Shown here: one piece after another, positions 1 to 14,198 of the stretch
Layout of the letters: the number at the start of each line of letters is the position of its first letter
Position numbering within the stretch: position 1 is the stretch's first letter
NCBI GenBank assembly: GCA_964016885.1
Contig: OZ024743.1
Span: 197,222,001 to 197,286,000 of the forward strand
Length of the DNA: 64,000 nt
Direction: 5' to 3'
Source: Eledone cirrhosa
Taxonomy: Eukaryota
Translations under genes and position numbers: made by a program
The notes under the pieces: model-generated
Databases searched by the model: none
The model's input: the letters and a program-made list of their open reading frames with translations, nothing else
Told to the model about the DNA's origin: nothing

Positions 1-648
1 ACTATCTTCATCCTTTAGCATTGAAACTGGTCATATCTGGCCAGAATTCTCTCACCTCTTTCAGCTCAAACTGGCTGTAACTAGCTGCTCACTGACGGTA
101 AGGTATTGTTCTCCAAATAAATAACAGCAAAATCTCATAGATTCAATATTATCTGAGATAATTATGTAAGATAAAGCCTTTACTGTGAAAATACAATAGT
201 AAATATAGAGTAATGTAAATGTAAAAGGGTTAATAATGAAATATATTATAATTTTAAGAAAATCCCTCAAAATTCTCCATTAATTAACTGAAATAGAATT
301 TATTTCATTAGAAATATGGTCACAAAAGGGTTATGGGAGGTTGTACAAGTCTCTTCTAATGATTTCAATTAAATTGTACATCTCTTTTAAATAAGTATTA
401 TATTGCTGTAACACTAAATACAAATTGTGATTTTGTAATTTCCAATTATGTTAGCCTAATTATCTGAACAAATTTGTTATATTTAATAAGATATCCATTT
501 TCACTATAGACAGAAATAACAACAGCAAAACAAACATAATTTAGCTATATGTGTACTCAAAATTCCATTGTAATATGAATACAAGAAAACCTATTCTTCG
601 TTCTACCTCTTATATTGCAATACTTTCATGTTAAAATATTTTAAACTT
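1..648. repeat. Direct duplication, copy 1 (partner 2901-3748); may extend left of the window
   Basis: Near-identical sequence at 1 and 2901 (actatcttcatc...); copy 2 has an extra SINE. Confidence 0.92.
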
Positions 649-804
649 GATATTTCTATTATTCCAATTGTTTGTGTACTGAAGGACATCATTCCACACA
701 CACAACACAAATTTATCTAAACCACCAAACAAAAATATAAATAAATAAATATAAATAAAGAACAATCCATACGAAAGCATAACCCATGTATTAACAAATG
801 TTGG

Positions 805-1010
805 GTGGAGAAATGTTAAGAGCTCTAAATAGAAGAAAACTACAATAGAGGAAGGCCAAGGAAGACCTGAGCAGAGGTATTAAGAGCAGATCTCAAAACA
901 CTGAACCTCAGAGAAGAGATCGCAAAGGAGCACAATGTATAGAGGAAGGCTGTGCTATAAAATACCTGTCTAACCCATGCATGGAAAAATGGATGTAAAA
1001 AAAAGGTGAT
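805..1010 (+). mobile_element. Decayed 3' fragment of an RTE LINE
   Basis: Degenerate RGRPRKT..VLRADLK translation and gtctaacccatgc...ggatgtaaa tail. Confidence 0.6.
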
Positions 1011-1287
1011 CTAAAAAGAATGTGAAATTAAAAAAAAAAATGTTATGATTTATAGTCTACATTTTACAGTAAATAAATAAATAGCTTACAGAACGTTGAG
1101 GTGTTGGTAAGGGTTTAGCTGGTTTTATGATGTTAAAGCAGAGAAATAAATAAATCTTCTACAGGATGTGTTGGACTTTTGTTGATTCTGATGATGAATG
1201 TTCATGATGTTTGAACAACAGAGGGTAGCCAGTTCATAAAATATATGAGCAAGTAATTGAGCATTCTGAAAATACCTGCCAACTTAA

Positions 1288-1479
1288 CCCTTTAGCATTT
1301 AAACCGGCTGAATTCTCTCGCCTCTTTCTGTTCAAACTGGCTGCAATCGGTCACTCAATGTTAAAGTATTGTTCGCAAAATAAATAACATCAAAATCTTT
1401 TAGCTTTGATATTATGTCAAGTAAAGCCTTTACCATAAAAATACAATAGTAAATATAGAGTAATGTAAATGTTAAAGGC
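1288..1479. mobile_element. piggyBac-type MITE (~200 bp); other copies ~11-229, ~2911-3129, 8897-9104, 51868-52065, partial ~1897-1985
   Basis: TTAA|CCCTTTAGCATTT at left; degenerate AAATG(C)TAAAGGG|TTAA at right; shared interior. Confidence 0.8.
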
Positions 1480-2900
1480 TTAAAGTAGTTCTCCAGGTAG
1501 GTTTAAATGTGAACAATCAATCACCCAGTTATTTCTTTGATACTCCATAGACTGAGATCATCTCTGATCTCTGAATATCCATGTTAAACCTCTACCGGTT
1601 CCAGCTACAAGTGGTTCCAATTGTTTGATCAATGGAGCAAACTGCGCATAAAATCAACATGCAAGTGGTCAAGCATTCTGAAGACAGATGCACTCTTAGT
1701 GTAGTTCTCAGGTAGATTTAGCAGGACACAGTAAATGACAAAGTTGGCCTTCTGAAATACTGGTATTGCTCACTTTTGTCAGCTGTGTGAACTGAAGCAA
1801 TGTGAAAACACACTGTTGAAAATCAAGCTCAAAACCTTACACTTAGATGATGGAATCTTAAATATGAATCTTAAAAGCAATTTAGAGAGAAACTTAACCC
1901 ATTAGCCATTAAACCGGCAGTATCCAACCAGAATTCTGTCACCTCTTTCTGTTCAAACTGGCTGTAACTAGCCACTCATACTGAAGTAAAATAAGTGACC
2001 TTTTCATTATTAAGCTGGTGTTTGAGACACAACTTTATAAAAGTTACATACATAAAATTATAAAGGAAGGTTTGAAATTAAATATGAGCATTTTGAAACT
2101 GAGGCTTCATATTACAAATCCCACAGCAGTTTCAAAAAGGTTTGTGTCTAAAGAGTTAATCCTTTCATAACTCTATTTCTAATGAAACACACAATATTTC
2201 AATTAATTAATGAAGAATTTTAAGTGATTTACTAAAATGGTTAATTATTTCATTACTAAGATAGTAGCTTAGCATATGGTGCATAAATAAAATTATATTG
2301 AAAGATGTATTCGTGTGTTTTACATCGAATAATAATAGTTTCTACGTTTGGCACAAGGCCAGCAATTATCCAGTGCATTACTGGTACTTTATTTTATCGA
2401 CCCCATAAGGATGAAAGGCAAAGTTAACCTCGGCGGGAAATAATAATAATATTTGATTTGTATGCAAGCAAACAGCCTCATAAGCCAAGAGGCAATTTTA
2501 GGTGGGTTTGTATCAAAAGAGCTAAGCATATTGTAACAGACTTACATTTGTTTTTCATTACAAGATGTTTGTTGTTAATTCTTGGACAATTTGGCTTGGA
2601 TTGTGTAGTTTGTTCATTTATTGTTGTACAAATCAAACCAAAATCAAACTCTGGTCTTTACGATACCTCCCGGTTAATAATAATAATAATTGGTGTGGGG
2701 AAGAAAAAGTCTATTACTCAGTACTTAACTAGTACTTTATTTCAACAATCACAGGATGACATCCCTACCATTAACCACTTTTGACACCAATCTGGCTAAT
2801 ACAAGCTCTGGTTCTATGAAACAAAACCTCTTCTTTAAAGGGTCCATATTTAATTTCAAATCTCCAAACATAATTTTATATGAAAACAATATGTTCAGTT

Positions 2901-3748
2901 ACTATCTTCATCTTTTAGCATTGAAACTGGTCATATCTGGCCAGAATTCTCTCACCTCTTTCAGCTCAAACTGGCTGTAACTAGCTGCTCACTGACAGTA
3001 AGGTATTGTTCTCCAAATAAATAACAGCAAAATCTCATAGATTCAATATTATCTGAGATAATTATGTGAGATAAAGCCTTTACTGTGAAAATACAATAGT
3101 AAATATAGAGTAATGTAAATGTAAAAGGGTTAATAATGAAATATATTATAATTTTAAGAAAATCCCTCAAAATTCTCCATTAATTAACTGAAATAGAATT
3201 TATTTCATTAGAAATATGGTCACAAAAGGGTTATGGGAGGTTGTACAAGGTCTCTTCCAATGATTTCAATTAAATTGTACATCTCTTTTAAATAAGTATT
3301 ATATTGCTGTAATGGTGGATTGGCAGTATCGGTAGAGGGTCGGACGCCATGCTTTCCAGCATAGTTACGTCCCTTTACGATCTGAGTTCAAATCCCGCCG
3401 AGGTTTACTTTGCCTTTCATCCTTACGGGGTCGATAAAATAAAGTACCAGTAATGCACTGGGTAATTGCTGGCCTTGTGCCAAAAGTAGAAACAATTATA
3501 TTGCTGTAACACTAAATACAAATTGTGATTTTGTAATTTCCAATTATGTTAGCCTAATTAACTGAACGAATTTGTTATATTTAATAAGATATCCATTTTC
3601 ACTATAGACAGAAATAACAACAGCAAAACAAACATAATTTAGCTATATGTGTACTCAAACTTCCATTGTAATATGAATACAAGAAAACTTATTCTTTGTT
3701 CTACCTCTTATATTGCAATACTTTCATGTTAAAATATTTCAAATTGAT
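2901..3748. repeat. Direct duplication, copy 2, with SINE insertion
   Basis: Aligns to 1-648 except for the 3313-3494 insert and its TSD. Confidence 0.92.
3313..3494 (+). mobile_element. tRNA-derived SINE with 15-bp TSD; relatives near 2330-2437(-), 9715-9905(-), 17150-17250(+), 30770-30900(-), 32752-32868(-), 52843-52920(-), 57722-57812(-), 63219-63511(+)
   Basis: A-box TGGCAGTATCGG, B-box GAGTTCAAATCC, core gcctttcatccttacggggtcgataaa; TSD attatattgctgtaa at 3298-3312 and 3495-3509; empty site at 397-411. Confidence 0.9.
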
Positions 3749-4944
3749 TGTGCAATAATTTTGAAGAACATAATTCCACTCACAAATGTTGAAGATACTC
3801 AACCAATTATCAAAATACTCAGTGAGATATTCTTTACATTTTTTTCTTCACTCATTATGAAAGGAAAAATATCTAAAAAAAGTTTTCATTTCCCTGTTGT
3901 AGTTGGTTCAGACAGACAAAGAACATTTAGCAGAAATACAGGATTCAGATGAAATAGTGTTTTTTATATTAAACAAATTATTCTAGAAGACCTGATGAAA
4001 AGAAAATGTTAATAGATCAAAATAAAAAAGAAGAATGCAGATTCTTCATAAAGATTAGTGATGTGATGCAGTTAAATTTAGTGTGAAACACTATACGGAT
4101 TCTTTTCCTTTTTTTAATAGTTTCAGTTATTTGACTGCAGCCATGCTGGAGCACTGCATTAAAAGGTATTTACTTGATCATATCGACCCCCAGTATTTAT
4201 CTTTTTCAAGTCTGATATATATTTTATCAATCTTGTTTTGTCAAACCGTTTAGTTACAAACTTCTAAGACTGAAACATTTTTATAAGATCTCTACAACAA
4301 AATGTGAAATGTATGCGAGAAAGTACACTGAAGAACATTTCAAACTTAAATTGAACCAGCCACCCAAACTTTAAATCCTGGTATTTTCTTAATTAGACAA
4401 AGCAGCATGCAGATGCCAATTCTAAAACCACAAATACCTGCTTAAGTGGATACCCAGTTTGTGAAAGATATTTGAAAAGGGTTGGTGCCTCCTCAAAGAA
4501 AAACTACATACAAGAAAAGTGAAAAATTTATAATACAAAAGAATTAGTTTTCTGCTGATCATGAAAGAGAGAGAATCTAGTAAGCAGTGAGAAATAAATC
4601 AAGTATGATGTCGCATTCAAGAGGGAAGACTGGTGCCATAAACAGGTAAAAATCTCTTTATAGAAAGATCTTGTATAAATACTCTTATCGCCTCTAATTA
4701 GAGCATTGTTTCACATGAAATGATGTCAAAATGAACTCTAACACTGCACAGCAGAAAATAGGATCAATTTTTCACGCTATTTAATGAAAGAATGTGTCAT
4801 TTTCCATATTTCAATTAGATTTATTTGATTCGTTCCATAGCTGTAAATATGCAGTGTCTCCGGGATAATTAAGACACAACTCACTTGAAATGGCAGAATC
4901 TCAAGTAAAAATAGAAATAAAAACGAAAAGGAATAAAATGTTTT

Positions 4945-6430
<1,486 letters not shown>

Positions 6431-7395
6431 AATTTTTCAAGTAGCATTTCAATATTCTGTATTGATGGAATAATACTTTCATGCATTCTTTGATAGGAAA
6501 AGTACCAGGATTTTGGTGTAAAACACTGATAAAAACAAGAAAAAGATTCAGTAAATGTTTAAAAATGTTAAATGCAGTGAAATTATTTCAAGAAAATATA
6601 AAGAATTGTCAATTGCAAATAAAGTTAAGACAGCTTTATATGTACATATATAATATATGAATATATATATATGTTTGTGTGTGTGTAAATACATATGCAC
6701 ATTTACTTAGGCTTAGAAAAATATGTATGATGATGATGGTGAGGATGATGAGGTGGTGGTGATAGTGGTGATCATTCTACTATTATTTATTTCTGTTTAA
6801 ATTTCTCATCTTTTGCCAGTTTTAGTCTTGCTAAGGAAAAAGTAAACTTATTTAATAAGTAAACTTTTAAATGGCAATAAATATTTCAGAATATTTTTAC
6901 TGAAACCTTAAGCAATAACTTTACTTATCACAATGTATATGTGTGTCTTTATATGTATTTGTGCACATGTGTATGGAAATGTTTATTTAATTAGACACAA
7001 CTATAGAGAACTCCTCATATTTTTACAAGAGAAGTAGTTTTTTTTATTGAGTCCTGGTTGGGTAATACAGTGAAATTCCTTTATAACGAAATTCACGGGG
7101 AATAAAAAAATATTTGTTGTAATGAAAAATTCTTTACAAGTTCGACCGAAACAAATTGAACGCTTGTGTTTTACCTCAGGGATTGAAAAAATTTAACATA
7201 ATGATAAAAAAGAGATTTCCATACACTTTTTGGAAAATATACTTTTCTTTATGAGATTGTTATGGTCAACTAACTCCTTTTAATGCAATGTCCTAGCATG
7301 GCTGAATTAAAAGGATATGACCGAGGTCATTCAACTTCATAATTTATAAATGCTTTCAGAACATACCCAACAGCAGGGTCCTGTAATCTACAAAC

Positions 7396-9295
7396 AGAAC
7401 TGATAATATTTTATTTCTTCCTTCTATCAAATCAAGGCTGTGGTTTATTTAAGAGTTATTAAAGCCATATTGAGACAGTGTTAGCTCTTAATTTATTATT
7501 AAAGATAATATCAATTCTGTATATAAATATATACATTAAATATCCACTGTTCTTCATCTGAAATAGCAGCCAGCCATGTCCAAATGACAAATTAAACTGA
7601 AATATGTGTGTGAACGTGTGTGTACATATGAGCGTATGTACATAAGTCTATGTGTGTATATATGTATTTATGTATATATGTGTAAATGTCTATAGACAGG
7701 TGGTGAACATTTGTGTTAATAAACAGAAAAAAGGTACAGAGTATAGGAAATTAAATGTGGTTGCTTTATATATATACTAGATCACCCATGACCCGTTGGG
7801 TCACATTCAGTTCAAAATATTTTTTTAAAATCTCATTCACTTAAAAATAATTTTTAAATAATTAAAATATACACAAACATGTATATAATATGAAATGAAA
7901 CTGGAAGGCCCATATATATACGTGTGTGTATATATATAAATGTGTGTGTATATCCATATATATATATGTATGTGTGTATATATACATATGTGGGTGCCTG
8001 TGATCTATATACACTGGTCATAGACACACACACACTCACATATATATACACACAACAACTCCACCAGCTCTCTCTCTCTCTCTCTCTCTTCCATTCTCCT
8101 TCTCTGTCTCCTCTCTCCTTCGCTATGTTTCTCTCTTTCAATCTACTCTCTCACAACCACTATCTCTTTCTCTCTATCCTTCTGTCTCTCTATTTATAAA
8201 GGTACCCAGAAAACTCCATATCTCGGGAACCTGTGGTCTGATTTACGCAAAACTTGTTTTATTCCATTTGTATTTCAGGGGCAACTTTCTTTCAAAGTAT
8301 TTTCCCATTATGCGCTCTTTTGGCTGTATTACATTACAGACAAGCAAGCAAGCAAGCAAGCAATCACAGAATTTTAGTAGCATATAGATGTGTGTGTGTG
8401 TGTGTGTGTGTGTGTGAGTGTGCATGTGTGAGTGAGTGAGCATGAGTGAGCGAGCGAGTGTACATATCTATATTGATGTCCGTCTAACCCATGCTAGCGT
8501 GGAAAATGGACGTTAAACAAAGATGATGATGATGATGATGATGTATCTATATATATATACATGAATTTATTATCAGATGCAACACAAGTTGGTAAATCTC
8601 AAATGGCCCAATAAACACTTAATGATAGAGGAGAAACAATGTACTTTCTCAGTATGGGTGAGAGGGCTTGATGCAGATGGTATAGACGACGTGGAAAAAT
8701 CAGAGACAATAAAAACAGATACCCAGAAAAGGTGGTCCATTTGTATTAGAATATACTCTTTTACCTGTTCCAGCCATCTGGCTGAGGCTAGGCATAAATA
8801 CGTACATACACACACAAACATGTATGTATGTGCATTCATATGTACTTACTTACACAAACACACACACATTCCAGTTTAATTTGTCATCTGGATTAATCCT
8901 TTAGCATTTAAACCGGTTGTATCCAGCCAGAATTCTCTCACCTCTTTCCGTTCAAACCAGCTGTAAGCTGCTGCTCATACTGATGGTAAGGTATTGTTCT
9001 CAAAATAAATAACAGCAAAATCTCATAGATTCAATGTTATGTGAGATAAAGCCTTTACTGAGAAAATACAATAGTAAATATACAGTAATGTAAATGATAA
9101 AGTGCTAAGGTTCTTCCATGGGATCTATTTCAGATGAAGAGTAGTGGATATTAAATGTATATATTTATATACAGAATTAATATTATCTTTAATAATAAAT
9201 TAAGAGCTAACACTGTCCCAGTATGGCTTTAATAAATCTTAAATAAACCACAACCCTGACTTGATAGAAAGAAGAAATAAAATATCACCAATTCT
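7396..9295. repeat. Inverted repeat pair, ~170-bp arms (7396-7566 and 9125-9295)
   Basis: 9125 ctatttcagatgaagag... is the diverged reverse complement of ...ttcttcatctgaaatag 7566. Confidence 0.8.
7777..8388 (-). mobile_element. Non-autonomous Helitron
   Basis: Minus strand starts A|TCTATATGCTAC followed by (TTGC)n; ends with hairpin tgaccc-aac-gggtca then CTAG|T. Confidence 0.7.
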
Positions 9296-10079
9296 TAAAT
9301 TTGTACAGCTTTTTGTTACAGCTTTCTGCTTTATGGTAAAAAGTACTCAAGATCCACTTTCCTTTCATTCATACAGGGTTGGTAAATAAAGCACAAGTCC
9401 AGTGCTAACACAGCCTTTTTTTTTTCAAATTCAAGCTAACCGCATTCTCGATATGTCATTAGGTCTGTTGTATCCTTATATACTTTAATTCATGGACACC
9501 TAAAACCATGAATGAAAGCATGCTGCATACTACCGACTCAATCTCAATTGTGTTATTCCATATTTGCATGGGTTGGATGAGTTTACTTTACTTGCAGGTT
9601 TTCTATGGTTGGTTTCCCTGCTTGGTGCCAACCTATATTTGGGGTTTTAATCAAATTGCACAAACTACCAGATACATTGTTTATGAATGACATTAATAAC
9701 AATTTTTGATTTAAGCATATTTTGGGGGAAGGGGAAAGTCGATTAAATCAACTCCAGTACGTTACTGGTACTTTACTTATCGACCCCGTAAGAATGAAAG
9801 GCAAAGCTAACATCGGCGGGATTTGAAATCAGAACGTAAAGGACCATAACTCTATGCACAAAGCATATTATCCGATGCTCTGCTGACTGCTATTCCATCG
9901 CCCAATGAGTGACATTAATAACAGTCATTGCAGTCTTTATAACACTGAATATGACATTGGCTGTGATTGGCCTACATGAAGACATGCAGACACATCATCA
10001 GAATCCTCCTCATTAAACATTCTTTTTCCCTGCTAGCAAGGGTTTGACAGGATATCTGTAATTGTGTGTGTGTATGCAC

Positions 10080-10297
10080 ATGTGAAGAAATGCTAGGAAA
10101 TTCCAGTGGAAGGAAGCCGCTATAGAGGATGACCAAAAAAGATCTGGACAGGGGTTGTGAGAGCGGACCTTACATCACTAAGACTGGAAGAGGAAATGAT
10201 GAAGGAACGCAATGAGTGGAGAAATGCTGTGCTGAGAAGGACACACCCAACCAATGTAAGCATGGAAAAGTGGACGTAAAAACGATGATGATGATAA
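10080..10297 (+). mobile_element. Decayed 3' fragment of an RTE LINE
   Basis: PKKIW..VVRADL..RNEWR translation plus ggacgtaaaaac(gat)n tail. Confidence 0.65.
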
Positions 10298-10970
10298 TGT
10301 GTGGGTGTGTGCATATATCTCTTGCCAATTCACAGAAGCAGAAGCTATTGCAGTGGCACTATAAACAGGAGAAAAGAAGCAGTATGTCTGTGAGCTAGTT
10401 GTTGTAGTGTGTTGGTAAGTAAATCTTGCCTCACATACATAGATATATATAATTTAGACAATATCTGAACAGGATCTTCAATCTGATTGTTTAAAGGGAA
10501 CTTAGATAATTTTGAAAATTCAGTAAGATTATAAGATACTTTATTTTTCAATACCATTATTTTTTTCATTGTGTCCACACTTGCATTCAGATTTGATATA
10601 TGCAAATATATTCTTTTAAAACTCAGAAATGAATAATAAATCTAATCAATTGTTTACTTATGAGAGATTATATTCATAAACCATAAGGGAATCAAATAAA
10701 TATTGAATTGATTAATCATTGAGAATTCACAATGATGATGATGATGATGAAGAATTCACTGAAAATCTATTATTCTTGACAGATTTCCTGCTTTTATTAG
10801 AGCCCAAAATATATATATATATATCCTCTTCAGATTTTAGTCTTCACATTTATTATTACTATATATATATATATATAAGTTATTCCGGGTTGAATCAGAG
10901 GTAACCACAGTAAGTAACGTACTCAATACATAGCAGAGTATAACAGTTTTAATATAGAAGAGCTTCTACA

Positions 10971-11010
10971 GGACGACAATTGTTTCATTCGTGAGAAATT
11001 ATCAGGATTT
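10971..11010 (-). ncRNA. Degenerate minimal hammerhead in a Penelope-tail mini-element (10879-11010)
   Basis: CTGATAA-tttctcacgaat-GAAA-caattG-TC; core mutated, stem I weak; downstream ctctgctatgtattgagtac tail. Confidence 0.5.
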
Positions 11011-11029
11011 ATATATATATTCTTCTTCC

Positions 11030-11266
11030 CCCACATATACCTGAGGGGGTCGTGGGGGTAGAGTCCTCAAACACTCCCTTCCAGCAGGTCCTGTCAGAAG
11101 CAACCATCTCCAACTGATCCGGCTGGATCCCCAAGCATGACAAGCCAAGCTCATGGATGCTATCCAACCCTCTACCCCTGGGTCTCCTGCTGGTTGGTTT
11201 TGCCCATAAAATCTGTCCAGCAATTCTTTCCTGAGACATACAATCTAACCACATGCCCATAGTATT

Positions 11267-11268
<2 letters not shown>
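11030..11268 (-). mobile_element. 3' fragment of a different RTE-like LINE
   Basis: QILWAKPTSRRPRGR...DRTCWK resembles RTE C-terminus. Confidence 0.6.
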
Positions 11269-11298
<30 letters not shown>

Positions 11299-11301
<3 letters not shown>

Positions 11302-11638
11302 GGCACATGGCTTAGTGGTTAGAGCATTGGGCTTGCAATCGAAAGGTTGTGAGTTCAATTCTAAGACTGGGTGATGTGTTGTTTCCTTGAGCAAGACACT
11401 TTATTTCACATTGCTCCAGTTTACTCAGCTGTAGAAATGAGATGATAGGACTGGGGTCCCTATCATTCCACTGCAAAGTGGATGTGTAGGCGCCATGGAA
11501 AAAAAGCACCCAGCATTCACTGTAAATGAGGTTGATGTTAGGAAGGGCATCCAGCTGTAGAAATCAAGCCAGAATCAGTTCCCGTCCCACCCTTGCAAGC
11601 AGGGAAAAGCGGACGTAAAATGATGATGATGATGATGA
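11299..11638 (+). mobile_element. tRNA-head SINE with CORE/V-like centre and RTE-type 3' tail; relatives 31922-32256(-), 51239-51524(+), ~16705-16960(+)
   Basis: TGGCTTAGTGG A-box, GAGTTCAATTC B-box, ccttgagcaagacacttta, gttaggaagggcatccagctgtagaaa, ggacgtaaaa(tga)n. Confidence 0.8.
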
Positions 11639-11754
11639 TATATATATATATAACAAAAGAGACACAATCACCTGATCAATCTTGCCTCAAGTGGAACAAT
11701 TCCTGTCTAACCTATGCTAGTGTGGAAGATAGACGTTAGATGATGATGATGATA

Positions 11755-11793
<39 letters not shown>

Positions 11794-11794
11794 C

Positions 11795-12120
11795 TTTGAT
11801 AGGTTTCGGTAAGTATTGGCTCAGGCCACGTCTAACTTAATAGCAGCACTTGTAGAAGTCTTTAAAATCAGGATTTGGACACCATGGCTTACTCAAATAT
11901 AGTTATTGTTTATGGCGACATATATGGGTGTAGGAGCTCTATCTCGGATTTCTTGGAGGAATTTGTCCAAAGACCTTTTGAATTATATGGGATCTGTTTC
12001 TGTTTTAATGTGTTTTGGTGTAATGTTAAAGAGAGCGAGACCAGTGGAGGTGAAATAATTGTGCTATAATGTTGTTATGAGATGCCAACATTATGTGGGA
12101 AATGGTGATGGAATATTTTC
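11795..12120 (-). mobile_element. Old LINE 3' fragment (CR1/L2-group like)
   Basis: Minus-strand TGLALFNITPKHIK...FKRSLDKFLQEI motif. Confidence 0.45.
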
Positions 12121-12570
12121 CATATCATGTAGATCAAAGGTTCTCAACGGGGGGTATATGCACCCCCCGGGGGGCGTTTTAGAGCTTTGAGGGCGCTAGA
12201 GGGGTGCTGGAAGGCTCTTTACTTTGGTAAGTTTTATAAGCCATATTTGTATGTCTTTGAGACAGTCAGTGTAAATGCATTTGAATGAGCATGCAGACAG
12301 CATAACTATAGTCTGACCGCAGTTGTAAGGAGGTGTGCAGGCATGTCTAGACATTAACCGGCAATTGAGATCCTAAAAATGGAAAAACCCACAGTCAACT
12401 AGGTCAAGGACACTTTGAACGCAGCCAGTTAGAATCTTGTCTTTCCTTCACCGATAACAATGTATTTCATGTCTGAAGTTGACTCAACGAGTTAAGACTA
12501 TGTAGATCTATTTTATTCCCTATTGTATAAATAATATTACAAATAAAAAAAGAAAAGAAAAAACACAGAA

Positions 12571-13122
12571 GCGGGTAGTACACACATCTAGGACCACATA
12601 CAACACATAATCAGATAATACACACATCTAGGACTACCTACAACACATAAGCAGGTAATACACACATCTAGGACCATATACAACACATAAGCAGGTAATA
12701 CACACATCTAGGACCACATGCAACACATAAGGAGGTAATACATACATCTAGGACTACATACAACACACAGGCAGGTAATACATACATCTAGGACCACATA
12801 CAGGCAGGTAATACATACATCTAGGACCACATACAACACATAAGCAGGTAATACAAACATCTAGGACCACATACAACATATAATCAGGTAATATAAACAT
12901 CTAGGACTACATACAACAAATAATCAGGTAATACATACATCTAGGACCACATACAACACATAAGGAGGTAATACGCACATCTAGGACCACATACAACACA
13001 CAAGCAGGTAATACATACAGCTAGGACCACATGCAATACATAAGCAAGTAATACATACATCTAGGACTACATACAACACACAGGCAGGTTATATATACAT
13101 CTAGGACCACATACAACACACA
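12571..13122. repeat. 40-bp minisatellite, ~14 units, inside the hAT
   Basis: Unit gcaggtaatacacacatctaggaccacatacaacacataa; one unit 8 bp shorter. Confidence 0.95.
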
Positions 13123-14198
13123 TTGTATCATGTGATATGGACGACGCAAGAGCAATGGTTGGCCAACATAAGGGTTTCGTCACTCTTCTGAAGAGAGAAA
13201 ATCTATTTGTATTTGCTGTTCATTGTGTCATTCATCAACAACACTTGGCTGCGAAGAAACTCAGCGAGTCGCTGAGCAAGTCCTTGCAGGTAGCCATTGA
13301 TCTCATCAATGTTATCAAACAGCATTCCCTCAATCAACGAATTTTCCAGCAACTGTGCCAAGATAATGACGAAGAATTCGTCAAGTTGCTCCTTCATACT
13401 GAAGTGAGGTGGCTTTCAAAAGGCAAGTGCCTTACTCACTTCTTTGAACTCTTCGATTCTATCATTGAGTTTCTGCGAGGACGCAACACAGAACTGTACA
13501 AGAAAACCCTCGATGTGAGGCAAGACTGCGCCTACCTCACTGACATCTTCGACAAATGCAATAGCGTCATTTTGGCTTTGCAGGGGAAGAAGATCACCTT
13601 GCTTAAAACAAGGAATGCTGTGAAAACATTCCTGGCCAAATTGAATGTCATCGAAAAGAATCTTTGTTGACGGGAATTCTATAATTTTCCTAGTGTTGCC
13701 AATGTTCAAAACACTGTAAGCGATGACCAACTCCAAATTTATACCACTCACCTCCGTGCGCTACAAGACAACATGAGAGAATGGTTTGTCGACCTTTTGC
13801 CGATGGACATCCCAATGTGGATAGTAGATCCCTTCATAGCTACCGTCAATGATTTGGATGTTTAATTTCAGGAAGAATTCATTGAACTTCAAGCAGATGA
13901 CATGATCAAAATTAGATTTCCCAAAATAGGTGAACCCCTTTTTGGGATGCAAGAGGAAATTCAGCGTCGATTTCCACACCTACATGCAGATGCTAAGAGA
14001 TTTGCTCTGCCTTTTCCAAGCTCATACTTAGTTGAGATGGGGTTTGAGATGGGGTTTGGCGCTGTTTCCAGACTGTACAGTAAGGCTCACAACTGCTACA
14101 ATGTAATTACGCGTGGAGATCTCCGGCTACATCTTAGGAAAATCCAGCCTGGTGTCAAAGAGTTAGCTAGACTCCATGAAGCTCAAGGGTCACATTGA
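13123..14198 (+). pseudogene. C-terminal part of a Buster-family hAT transposase (ZBED8/SCAND3-like)
   Basis: HCVIHQQHL, LLLHTEVRWLSKG, FPSSYLVE; in-frame stops at 13668 and 13863; N-terminus absent. Confidence 0.9.

Noticed and set aside
12571-13122. CRISPR-like array
   Set aside because: Contiguous units with no unique spacers, no cas genes, eukaryotic context.
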